47,139 bases of DNA from an uncultured Planctomycetaceae bacterium (GTDB taxonomy: Bacteria > Planctomycetota > Planctomycetia > Pirellulales > Thermoguttaceae), in the NCBI GenBank assembly GCA_964487655.1, contig CAZASB010000002.1:1-47139 (forward strand), read 5' to 3'. A program made the translations under genes and the position numbers. This document shows positions 1 through 8,180 of this stretch, one piece after another. Within the stretch, counting starts at the first letter, position 1, and the number at the start of each line of letters is the position of its first letter. The notes under the pieces were generated by a model. It worked only from the letters and a program-made list of their open reading frames with translations, searched no databases and was not told the DNA's origin.

Positions 1-51
1 CCCTTCGCATTTAGCGGCGAAAACTGCCTGCGCCGCCCCGTGAACGGTTAC
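1..51 (-). mobile_element. MITE-like palindromic element, copy A (inverted orientation, cut by window edge)
   Basis: The reverse complement of 1-51 is GTAACCGTTCACGGGGCGGCGCAGGCAGTTTTCGCCGCTAAATGCGAAGGG. This is 50/51 identical to the first 51 nt of the complete element at 4936-5010. The terminal repeat GTGAACGGTTAC sits at 40-51, 8 nt from the stop codon of the 60-1028 gene. Confidence 0.7.
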
Positions 52-59
52 GGTTCCGG

Positions 60-1028
60 CTACCAACGCACGTCGACCGTCGCCGTCATACCGTGGAAGA
101 GAACGCTGTTGATACGTTGGCCTCCCAAGGCCGAAAAACCTGACGCCACGCCGTCGATCCACGTCAGTTGGTACCCTAGGCCAAGCACGAAATGCTGCGT
201 CAGTTCAAACTTGCCCGTCAATCCCAACTCGCCCAGAAAGGAGGTGCGCGTGGTGTTCCACCCGTTTGAGGGAAAAGAAGCCATGGTTCCCGCCACGTCA
301 CGCCCAACCGATATATGGTTGGTGAACATGCACGCCTTGACCATTCCATCGAGGTAAAGCCGGCTGGACGGCTGCCATACCGTGCCATCGATTCCCACCT
401 GTGCCCCGTACAGTTGGTTTTTTGCCCACGCAGCGGCCAATGCGAAATCCGTTCCGCTGGTCCGACCGTCCCAAAGGGTCGTGGAACGCTCCTCGAGCCC
501 GGTCCAACGGAAGCCGACAAGCCAGTGCAACTTGCCGAGGAAGGGGTATAGCGTATTCACCTCCACGTTGTCGAGGCGGGAGGTGTACCGGGCATTGGCC
601 CGGTCAAAAAATGTGTCCCCGGTGCCGAATACCCCAGTGCTGATTCCGCCGGCTTCCTCGATCGAGGAGCCAGCAGACCAGTCGTAGACGCCGAAGTAGA
701 TGATTTCGGCCTCGACCAGGTTGAGTATCCGCGTCGACAGGGAGATGTACGGCCCCCACTCCAATCCGAACCCCAGATCGGACGCGTTCAGGGTTTCTCC
801 CGGAGCGCCTGTCTCTGCCAGCGCCACGGATGAGCTACCCGATCGTGACATTGCGATAACCCCGGCCTCGATCGACCATCGCGGCTCGAACACGGCCTCC
901 GCCTTCTTAGGCATGCCCAGCCCCAGGTCCTTGATTGAAAGACTCTGCGGCTTGGCGGCCAACACCGGCATTGCGCATTCCGACCATGCGAGGAGCAGTG
1001 GAACGGCGAGGAGAAGGAATCGGTTCAT
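60..1028 (-). CDS. Outer-membrane beta-barrel protein (BBP7-like)
   Basis: Signal peptide MNRFLLLAVPLLLAWSECAMPVLAA from the ATG at 1028 (the ORF-track start at 1052 is GTG). The sequence is Gly/aromatic-rich with an alternating pattern. The C-terminus TATVDVRW ends in an aromatic residue, as in OM barrels, and the protein resembles planctomycete BBP7-family barrels. Confidence 0.6.
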   Translation of the reverse strand: MNRFLLLAVPLLLAWSECAMPVLAAKPQSLSIKDLGLGMPKKAEAVFEPRWSIEAGVIAMSRSGSSSVALAETGAPGETLNASDLGFGLEWGPYISLSTRILNLVEAEIIYFGVYDWSAGSSIEEAGGISTGVFGTGDTFFDRANARYTSRLDNVEVNTLYPFLGKLHWLVGFRWTGLEERSTTLWDGRTSGTDFALAAAWAKNQLYGAQVGIDGTVWQPSSRLYLDGMVKACMFTNHISVGRDVAGTMASFPSNGWNTTRTSFLGELGLTGKFELTQHFVLGLGYQLTWIDGVASGFSALGGQRINSVLFHGMTATVDVRW

Positions 1029-1200
1029 CGGCACGGCCAACGGAGGCTCCACGAGTGGGAACGGCTTCGGCTCGCCCGCTCACGACGCGAGCCGGGATAT
1101 CCCCCCACAACGCGCGGCAGAGCATACATTCCCTACAATCGTTAATCGGCGAAAATCCGAAAAAGCTTCACTAAGAGTCTGTCCGCCTTCCCATGCCTGG

Positions 1201-3183
1201 TCAGGGCGTCGTTCCCGGTGTTCCCGCCGTGCTGACGTCCAGTGCCGGCAGCCCAAGTCTGGCTGCCGCACTGGCCGGTCCGAACTGCACGCGGCCGCGC
1301 TCACAGCCGGTCAGCTCCGGGTCGACATGCAGCCAGCCGGAACTGGCCGGAATGGGCTGGGCCTGGGCGTGTCGGTAGTCGTCCAGCGTAATGCCTTCCA
1401 CCTTACCAGACCGGCTGAACACCACGTTTTCGTTCGCCCGGGCGATCGCCTCCGGTCGCGTAATTCGGATCGCGCCTTCGGCAACAATCACGTTCTGCTC
1501 CAGCGTGAATTCGGACGAACGGGGGAAGGTGAGCGTGGCGTCTCCCTCGCAGATGAACACGTTGCCGCGAATAATGTTCTTTGTCGCCATGTGGTTGTGC
1601 GAGGGCCGGGCGACCCGAACGCTGAGGTTGCCCTCCACAAGACAGTTTTCGGCCTGCTCGTCCAAGTAGTAAGCCGAGGCGCCATACCCGCCCGAATCGA
1701 CGATGTCGTGGACGTGGTTCCCACGGAGCACGATCCGCTTGCAGAACGTGATGTAGATGCCTGCCCCGTCATGGAGCACCTGCATGGCCCGGTAGATGCG
1801 GTTATGCTCGATGCGGTGGTCGTCACCACCGCAAGCGATGGCCGTGTACGGGGTGTCGTGGATCGTGTTGTGTTCGATGCGGCACACCTTGCCGTCGCGC
1901 CCGCCGCCCCAGATGGCGATGCCGCTGGGATAGACTTGGCCGACGTGGTGAACATGGTTGTTGCGTACGAGGCACTCTCCGCCGAACTTCAGGCCGCTGG
2001 CACCGGTGTGATGAACCCGGCAGTCCTCAATCTCGCAACCAGTGAGATTCCACGCTTTCACCCCCTGCCCGGCCACGTTCCGGACCTCCAGGCCGGCAAG
2101 TCGGCAGTTCTCTGCGTTAAACAACTCGACGGCTCCGGGAAACGCCCCAGCGCCGAATCCGCCAGAGATCAACGGCGTATTGGTCACCGAAAGCACGAGG
2201 CCGCCAATCGTTACGTCGCGAACCGGGCGGTCGGCCTGTCCGCGGATACGCAGGATCGAGTCGATCCGCGGCGCAATCACTCGGGCCGTCGTCATGTCCT
2301 CATCGGGCATGGGCCAGTAGACGACCTTTCCGGCCGTGCGGTCGAGATACCACTGCCCCGGCTCGGTCATCCCCTCTCGGACGTTCCAGACGACGAACTT
2401 CTTCACGCCGAATGCTCCGGGCGGGTGGCCGGCCGGATTGGAAAAAGTCAGTACTTGGTTCCCTTGGTCGTTCTTCGCAATGCCAACGACCGACTCGTCC
2501 CACATGTGGTAGATCGTCAGCTCGGCATTCTGGACGTCCAACCCGGCCCCAAGATTCTCGGGGCGGTACGAGAGCGTGCTCAACTCCTCGTTAGTCGGTT
2601 TACGCTTCCAGCCGCCGCCGGTGGTGCTCATCCACGGGACGTTGAACTCAGTCAGGTGCGAGAAGGTCCCTTCCCGTGGCAGCCGGGCCCGCGCAGCGAG
2701 CCGGTCGCCGACCAGGAGCATTCGAAAATCCCGGGAACGGTCCGCGATTTCCGGCACGTCGGCGGCCCAGAACCGGTCGCCGTCGCGGCGCCATCCGCCA
2801 ATGGGGCGTCCGCCGTACAGTACCACCTGCTCGCGTTCGGCCGCCTCGATGACAAGGTTGGAATCGGCGGGTCCCAGGTCGATCGATTGTTCCAGATAAT
2901 ATTGGCCGGCCTTCAGTACAATTCGCCGCAGGTGCTCACTTCCGCCCTGGCGCGAACGCTCGACGGCCGTTGCCACCGTCGCAAGCGGGCCATCGGAGCC
3001 GTCCACGGCAGGCGTGGCCTGCCGTCCGGACCAGTCATCGCTTCCGCCAAGCGCGACGAACAGCGTGGACTCAGCCGCAACCGACCGACCCAACCCGGCG
3101 GCAGCCAGAAGCAAAGCCAGGGCGACGCGACGAATGGTCGCGGCGCGAAAACGCGCGGAGGTACAAGCAGGGTGTAAGGGCAT
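1201..3183 (-). CDS. Secreted right-handed parallel beta-helix repeat protein
   Basis: 660-aa ORF with ATG at 3183 and a signal-like N-terminus (RFRAATIRRVALALLLAAAGLGRSVAAE). It contains a series of beta-helix turn motifs: VRNNHVHHVG, IEHNTIHD, IEHNRIYR, LRGNHVHD, VEGNLSV, IRGNVFI. Confidence 0.7.
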   Translation of the reverse strand: MPLHPACTSARFRAATIRRVALALLLAAAGLGRSVAAESTLFVALGGSDDWSGRQATPAVDGSDGPLATVATAVERSRQGGSEHLRRIVLKAGQYYLEQSIDLGPADSNLVIEAAEREQVVLYGGRPIGGWRRDGDRFWAADVPEIADRSRDFRMLLVGDRLAARARLPREGTFSHLTEFNVPWMSTTGGGWKRKPTNEELSTLSYRPENLGAGLDVQNAELTIYHMWDESVVGIAKNDQGNQVLTFSNPAGHPPGAFGVKKFVVWNVREGMTEPGQWYLDRTAGKVVYWPMPDEDMTTARVIAPRIDSILRIRGQADRPVRDVTIGGLVLSVTNTPLISGGFGAGAFPGAVELFNAENCRLAGLEVRNVAGQGVKAWNLTGCEIEDCRVHHTGASGLKFGGECLVRNNHVHHVGQVYPSGIAIWGGGRDGKVCRIEHNTIHDTPYTAIACGGDDHRIEHNRIYRAMQVLHDGAGIYITFCKRIVLRGNHVHDIVDSGGYGASAYYLDEQAENCLVEGNLSVRVARPSHNHMATKNIIRGNVFICEGDATLTFPRSSEFTLEQNVIVAEGAIRITRPEAIARANENVVFSRSGKVEGITLDDYRHAQAQPIPASSGWLHVDPELTGCERGRVQFGPASAAARLGLPALDVSTAGTPGTTP

Positions 3184-3238
3184 GGTTCAATTTCCTTGCG
3201 GGGAATCGCTCGCTTCTTGACGAAGGCCGGACCATCGA

Positions 3239-4666
3239 CTACCGATCGGGCCCCAGGGTATTGTCGTTCAGGTGGTTCTCCTCGCCGCCCTTAATAACCA
3301 ACGCGGTCCAGGGGCCGGCGTCTTCAACGTCGTTTCGAATCATGCAACCGGTGATTCGGCTTCTCGCAAGATCCTCGACAACCATGCCTGCATTGCGACA
3401 ATCCAGCACGGTACACTGCGCCACGTTCAGGCGCGAGCCGCCTCGGATCATCATGCCGGCCGGATGGGTGTGTACGCCGTTGACGTGCAATCCGGTGATG
3501 GTGCCGTCGTGGCAGTTCTCTAGCAGGATGCCGCCCTTGGCCTCGAGTGCGACACCGTAGTCGTAGTGCGGATTCCGATCGAAATTGTTCGCCGAAAGCA
3601 CGAGGTTGGAGCAGTTGACAGCCCGCAGGTCATAGCTGAAACCCATCCAGAACGTGTTGCCGACGAGGGTGACGCCCCGCGCGTCGCGGATGTCAACGTT
3701 CATTTGCACGTCGCTGAGGACGTTGCTGGCGATGGTCACATGGCCCCAGCGGCACTCGCGGTCGTCGTTGCCGATGATGCGAATGTTGGCCGATTCGTCG
3801 CCAAGATGGTTGTGCTGGATGGTGCATCCGGTAATGGAGACTTCCGCCACGCCGTACTTGCCGCCCCGCGAGTCGATCAGGATATTGGCCGTTGAGGGCC
3901 CCTCGTCGCCCATGTTGCTTTCGACATCGCATCCTGCAACGTGCAAATTTCGCACGTCTCCGCCACGCGCCACAATGCCGCCGCCCGCGTTGTAGCTGAC
4001 GTGGCAGCCGTTGACGTTGGTTTGGTGCAGACTGACGTTGTCGAGGTACAGGCCAATGCCGCGATTTTCGTAGAAGTGGCAGTTGGCCACGATGACGTTC
4101 CGGTTGCTTCCGACCAGATGGACCGCGTGAAGGGCACGCCGGATGGTCAGCCGCGTCAGCGTAAGCTGCATAGTTCCCGATGCCTCGATTCCGACGGCCT
4201 CCTCGTGTTCCCCCACGATTTCCAGGCCGTCGGCCATGGGCGTTCGCTCTCGCTGCCACACGCCCGGTTGAACGGTTTTGGGCGAGGCCGTGCCGCCGTG
4301 CGAGCCGAGAAAACGAAACGCCGGCCCTGGGCCGGCCATGACGACTCTGGCCACACCGGTTCCGGCCAGACCGATCGGGCCGTTTTGGGCGAGATTGATT
4401 TCAATCGGTCGCGAGATGCGGTACGTTCCTCGCGGGAACAGGACATCGCCCGCGCCGGAATCGACCGCCCGTTGGAGGGCCTCCGTATCGTCGGCAACGC
4501 CATCGCCGACCGCACCGAAATCGTAAACGGTACGAAGCGAAGGGGCATTGGCCTCTGGCCGGACCGAACCGGTTGCCGCCCCCCCTTCGTCGGCCGACCG
4601 TGCCCGAGAAGCCAGCATTACGGCGCCAATGGCAATAAAACCGAGCGGAATCGACCATCGTCCCAT
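3239..4666 (-). CDS. Pectate-lyase-superfamily / GH28-related beta-helix protein, secreted
   Basis: The ATG at 4666 is preceded by AAGGAG 7 nt upstream; the ORF-track start at 4684 is TTG. A signal peptide is present. The TVYDFGAVGDGVADDTEALQRAV motif is followed by beta-helix turns (VANCHFYEN, VNGCHVSYN, VAGCDVESN, ITGCTIQHN, LVGNTFW, LSANNFDRN). Confidence 0.7.
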   Translation of the reverse strand: MGRWSIPLGFIAIGAVMLASRARSADEGGAATGSVRPEANAPSLRTVYDFGAVGDGVADDTEALQRAVDSGAGDVLFPRGTYRISRPIEINLAQNGPIGLAGTGVARVVMAGPGPAFRFLGSHGGTASPKTVQPGVWQRERTPMADGLEIVGEHEEAVGIEASGTMQLTLTRLTIRRALHAVHLVGSNRNVIVANCHFYENRGIGLYLDNVSLHQTNVNGCHVSYNAGGGIVARGGDVRNLHVAGCDVESNMGDEGPSTANILIDSRGGKYGVAEVSITGCTIQHNHLGDESANIRIIGNDDRECRWGHVTIASNVLSDVQMNVDIRDARGVTLVGNTFWMGFSYDLRAVNCSNLVLSANNFDRNPHYDYGVALEAKGGILLENCHDGTITGLHVNGVHTHPAGMMIRGGSRLNVAQCTVLDCRNAGMVVEDLARSRITGCMIRNDVEDAGPWTALVIKGGEENHLNDNTLGPDR

Positions 4667-4910
4667 CGTTGTACTCCTTCGCAAAGACGTGCATAGTTGC
4701 CAGACTCAGACGCGATCCACCTAAGTCCTTACAGCGTAAGCGGCAGTGCCATTCGACTCAGGCACCAGTTTCCTCGACCGCGATTCCGCGGTCAAGTCAC
4801 AGCCGCCTCATCGTGCCTCACCCGGTTGCGGCAAACCGTCATTTCGGGTACAAGAGGGGGTTTGATTCACATTCACTGGCTATCCCGTTTCTGGGTGCAG
4901 GCCGACATTG

Positions 4911-5047
4911 TTGGAGTCCCGCCTTTAGGCGGTTAGTAACCGTTCACGGAGCGGCGCAGGCAGTTTTCGCCGCTAAATGCGAAGGGGACAGTCCCCCTGT
5001 GAACGGTTACGGCGGTTATTCCTTTCCGGCCAAAGCCGGGACTCCAA
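4911..5047. repeat. Nested palindromic structure: 22-nt inverted arms flanking MITE copy B
   Basis: TTGGAGTCCCGCCTTTAGGCGG (4911-4932) matches the reverse complement of CCGGCCAAAGCCGGGACTCCAA (5026-5047) at 19/22 positions. Each arm contains its own 5-bp hairpin: CCGCC-TTTA-GGCGG and CCGGC-CAAA-GCCGG. Confidence 0.6.
4936..5010 (+). mobile_element. MITE-like element, copy B (complete, 75 bp)
   Basis: The ends GTAACCGTTCAC...GTGAACGGTTAC form a perfect 12-bp terminal inverted repeat. There are internal hairpins AGCGGCG/CGCCGCT and GGGGAC-A-GTCCCC. A perfect 8-bp direct repeat GGCGGTTA brackets the element at 4928-4935 and 5011-5018. It is intergenic and has no coding capacity. Confidence 0.7.
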
Positions 5048-5123
5048 CAGAGCACCGTTCGCACCTGAAAACGGAGTGCCCAATCACTTGAAAGACGCCG
5101 CACCCTTCTGCAGCGAGTGGAAC

Positions 5124-5996
5124 ATGCAGGCTGAACTGTTACTGGATGCGAAGGCAAATCTTGGCGAGGGGCCAATCTGGCACGCTCCGTCGCAACGGCT
5201 GTATTGGGTCGATATCAATCGCAATGAGGTCCATGTCTTCAACCCGGTTGATGGCACTGACCGCGTCATCGATGTCGGCCAAAAGGTTGGCGCCGTTGTG
5301 GTGCGCCGGAGTGGAGGATTGCTCTTAGCCCTCCATCATGGGCTGGCATTCCTCGATATGGCTAGCGAACAGGTGACCATCCTGTGCGATCCGGAAGCCG
5401 ATTTAGCCGATAACCGGTTCAACGACGGCAAGTGCGACCCGGCGGGCCGCTTTTGGGTGGGTACCATGAGCCTTGCTCGCCAACCGGGCACCGCCAATCT
5501 CTGGCGGCTCGATCCCGACCTGACGGTTCATCACATGCTGGCGAACGTGACCACATCGAACGGCATTGTGTGGAGCCTTGACCATCGCACCATGTATTAT
5601 ATCGACACACCCACGCGCCAGGTCGCCGCGTTCGATTACGAGGCGGAGACGGGCCACATCGCCAATCGCCGCGTGGTCGTCAACTTTCCCGATGGCGCCG
5701 GAAGCGCTGACGGCATGACCATCGATGCACGCGGCATGTTGTGGATTGCCCACTTCCGCGGCGGCCGAGTGAGTTGCTGGAACCCGGCAACCGGAGCCAC
5801 CCTCCAGGCCATCGAAGTCCCAGCCCAGAAGGTTACCGCCTGCGCCTTTGGTGGTCCCAACCTGGACGATCTCTACATTACCACCGCCCGAATCGATCTG
5901 ACCGAGGAGGAACAGCGTGCCCAGCCGTACTCCGGCGGGCTATTCGTCGCTCGCCCCGGCGTGCCTGGCGTCGAGTCATTCGAATTCGCCGGGTAA
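5124..5996 (+). CDS. SMP-30/gluconolactonase/LRE family protein
   Basis: 290 aa from the ATG at 5124. Motifs LGEGPIWH, LYWVDI, DPAGRFWVGTM, SNGIVWS and DGMTIDARGMLWIA fit the six-bladed propeller lactonase family. The ORF-track extension back to 4977 runs through the MITE and is discounted. Confidence 0.8.
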   Translation: MQAELLLDAKANLGEGPIWHAPSQRLYWVDINRNEVHVFNPVDGTDRVIDVGQKVGAVVVRRSGGLLLALHHGLAFLDMASEQVTILCDPEADLADNRFNDGKCDPAGRFWVGTMSLARQPGTANLWRLDPDLTVHHMLANVTTSNGIVWSLDHRTMYYIDTPTRQVAAFDYEAETGHIANRRVVVNFPDGAGSADGMTIDARGMLWIAHFRGGRVSCWNPATGATLQAIEVPAQKVTACAFGGPNLDDLYITTARIDLTEEEQRAQPYSGGLFVARPGVPGVESFEFAG

Positions 5997-5999
5997 CCC

Positions 6000-7901
6000 A
6001 TGATCGTTCTCGACGTCCAGCGAATCGTCAAGCACTACGGCCCGGAGCCCGTGCTTGATGGCGTGACATTCCAGGTCCATCCGGGCGAACGGATTGCGCT
6101 GGTCGGCCCCAACGGCTGCGGGAAGTCAACCTTGCTGCAAATCATCGCCGGCAAGGAAGAGCCGGATGCCGGCACGGTGGCGCTACATCCCACCATTCAT
6201 GCCGGTTCATTTGAGCAGCAGGTGCATCTGGCAGGCGTGCAGTGCGTGTACGACGAGGCGAAATCGGCGCTGGCCGACCTTCTGACACTTCAGCATGAAG
6301 CCCAGTCGGTGGCCGAGGCCCTGGCGGAAACCGACGCGGACGACATGCGCCGTCTGGCCGCCCGTTACGATCACTTGCAGCAGGAACTCGACCGGCGCGA
6401 CGCCTACAACTTGGACCACAAAATCGAGCGAGTCCTGGGCGGGTTGGGCTTTGGCGAGACGGCCTTTCAGCAGTCTGTCGAGAGTCTCAGCGGCGGTGAG
6501 CAGAATCGGCTGATGCTGGCAAAACTCCTGCTAGCGGAGCCGAACCTCATGCTGCTTGACGAACCGTCCAACCATCTCGACATCGAAGCCACGCAATGGC
6601 TGGAGAGCTTCCTACTGGAGAGTTCCGCGGCCGTCATCGTGGTGAGCCACGACCGGTCGCTCTTGGATCGCGTGGCCACGCGTGCGCTCGAACTGGTGCA
6701 TGGCACGGTCGACTCCTATGTCGGCAACTTTTCGGCCTACTGGCGGCAGAAGCAAGAGCGGCTGCTCGTGGAACGTCGCACCTACGAGAAACAGCAGACC
6801 GAAATAGCCAAGACCGAAGATTTCATTCGGCGCAACGCCTACGGCCAAAAACACACCCAGGCCGAGGACCGCCGCAAGAAGCTCGAACGAATTGAGTCCG
6901 TGCCGCTGCCGCGCGAAATCGCAGCGCCCCCCATGGCATTCCCCGCCACAACCCGGTCCGGCGACCTGGTCGTTCGCGCGGAACGATTGGGCAAGTCATT
7001 CGATCGGCCACTGTTTCGAAACGTTACGTTCGACATTATCCGTGGCGAACGCTGGGGCTTGCTCGGGCCTAATGGATGCGGCAAGACCACGCTCTTGAAG
7101 TGCCTGGTCGGCTTGCTCGAAATTGATGAAGGACACGCTTCCTTGGGACACGGCGTGAAGCTCGGTTACTTTGACCAGCACCTCCACGAACTGCACGACG
7201 ACATGCAAGCCGTCGATGCCGTGCGACCGCCCAAAGGCTCGATTGACATCCAAAGGCGCCGGAACCTGCTCGGCCGGTTCGGCCTCGGCGGCGACACTCA
7301 ACTTCAGCCGGTTGAAAATCTCAGCGGTGGCGAACGCTGTCGCGTGGCCCTCGCCCGCCTGTGTCTGGCCGAGGCCAATTTGCTGGTACTTGACGAGCCA
7401 ACGAATCACCTCGACCTTTGGGCCCGCGATGCCCTGGAGCAGGCGTTGCTGAAGTTTGACGGCACGGTGCTTTTCGTCAGCCACGACCGATATTTTCTAA
7501 ACCGGGTCGCGGATCATCTGCTCGTGATCGAACCGGACCGAGTCCGGGTGGTTGTGGGTAATTACGACGTCTATCAACGCATGATAACGGAACAGTCGGC
7601 GCCGGCGCTGGTCGCGACGCCCGGCAAGACGTCTGCTCCGGCCAAGGCGCCACCCCCGGAATCGGCCGCGTCGAATACGAAACGCCGCCGTCGATTTCCC
7701 TATCGGAAAGTGGCCGATCTGGAAGCCGAGATTTTCCAGTCTGAAACCGAAGTGGAATGTCTCCACGCGGAGTTGGCTGACGGCGCGACCCACCGCGATG
7801 GCGAACTGGTTCGGGAACTTATGAACCGAATCGACCAGCGGAAGGCAGCTCTTGCCGTCCTGTACGAGCACTGGGAAGAGGCCGTCGAGCTAAACTGGTG
7901 A
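6000..7901 (+). CDS. ABC-F family ATPase (two ABC cassettes, no membrane domain)
   Basis: Walker A GPNGCGKSTLL and GPNGCGKTTLL. Signatures LSGGEQNR and LSGGERCR. Walker B LLLDEPSNHLD and LVLDEPTNHLD. There is a charged inter-domain linker and a C-terminal coiled-coil tail. The gene starts 3 nt after the stop of the upstream gene. Confidence 0.85.
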   Translation: MIVLDVQRIVKHYGPEPVLDGVTFQVHPGERIALVGPNGCGKSTLLQIIAGKEEPDAGTVALHPTIHAGSFEQQVHLAGVQCVYDEAKSALADLLTLQHEAQSVAEALAETDADDMRRLAARYDHLQQELDRRDAYNLDHKIERVLGGLGFGETAFQQSVESLSGGEQNRLMLAKLLLAEPNLMLLDEPSNHLDIEATQWLESFLLESSAAVIVVSHDRSLLDRVATRALELVHGTVDSYVGNFSAYWRQKQERLLVERRTYEKQQTEIAKTEDFIRRNAYGQKHTQAEDRRKKLERIESVPLPREIAAPPMAFPATTRSGDLVVRAERLGKSFDRPLFRNVTFDIIRGERWGLLGPNGCGKTTLLKCLVGLLEIDEGHASLGHGVKLGYFDQHLHELHDDMQAVDAVRPPKGSIDIQRRRNLLGRFGLGGDTQLQPVENLSGGERCRVALARLCLAEANLLVLDEPTNHLDLWARDALEQALLKFDGTVLFVSHDRYFLNRVADHLLVIEPDRVRVVVGNYDVYQRMITEQSAPALVATPGKTSAPAKAPPPESAASNTKRRRRFPYRKVADLEAEIFQSETEVECLHAELADGATHRDGELVRELMNRIDQRKAALAVLYEHWEEAVELNW

Positions 7902-8180
7902 CCACCGAGGCATCGACGGGAGCGCAATGCTCTTTCGGGGGGCCGACTAATGGCTTCTCGTGCTACTCTATCGTCACGATACGCGCCAATAACACCCATT
8001 GCGATGGAAACTGCGCACGTTGCTGGTGGGGATGCATGCTCCTTGCTTTGGCAGCCGACGCGGAAGCGCCCAATAACGTAGAGTTTTCCAAGACCATACC
8101 CGGCGCGGGAACCGAGTGTGCCATCGCCGGGAAAGGGGTGGTAAGAGGTCACTCTTGTGACTACGCCCGTTGGAGACCCA

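Noticed and set aside
700-3177. Very long antisense ORFs opposite real genes, for example 700-3177 (825 aa), 16013-16981, 23509-24249, 35796-36668, 43485-44312 and 46011-region minus-strand ORFs
   Set aside because: Their translations are Arg/Ala/Pro/Gly-rich with no recognisable motifs. The opposite strand carries clear family signatures in each case. Long open antisense frames are expected in roughly 60% GC DNA.
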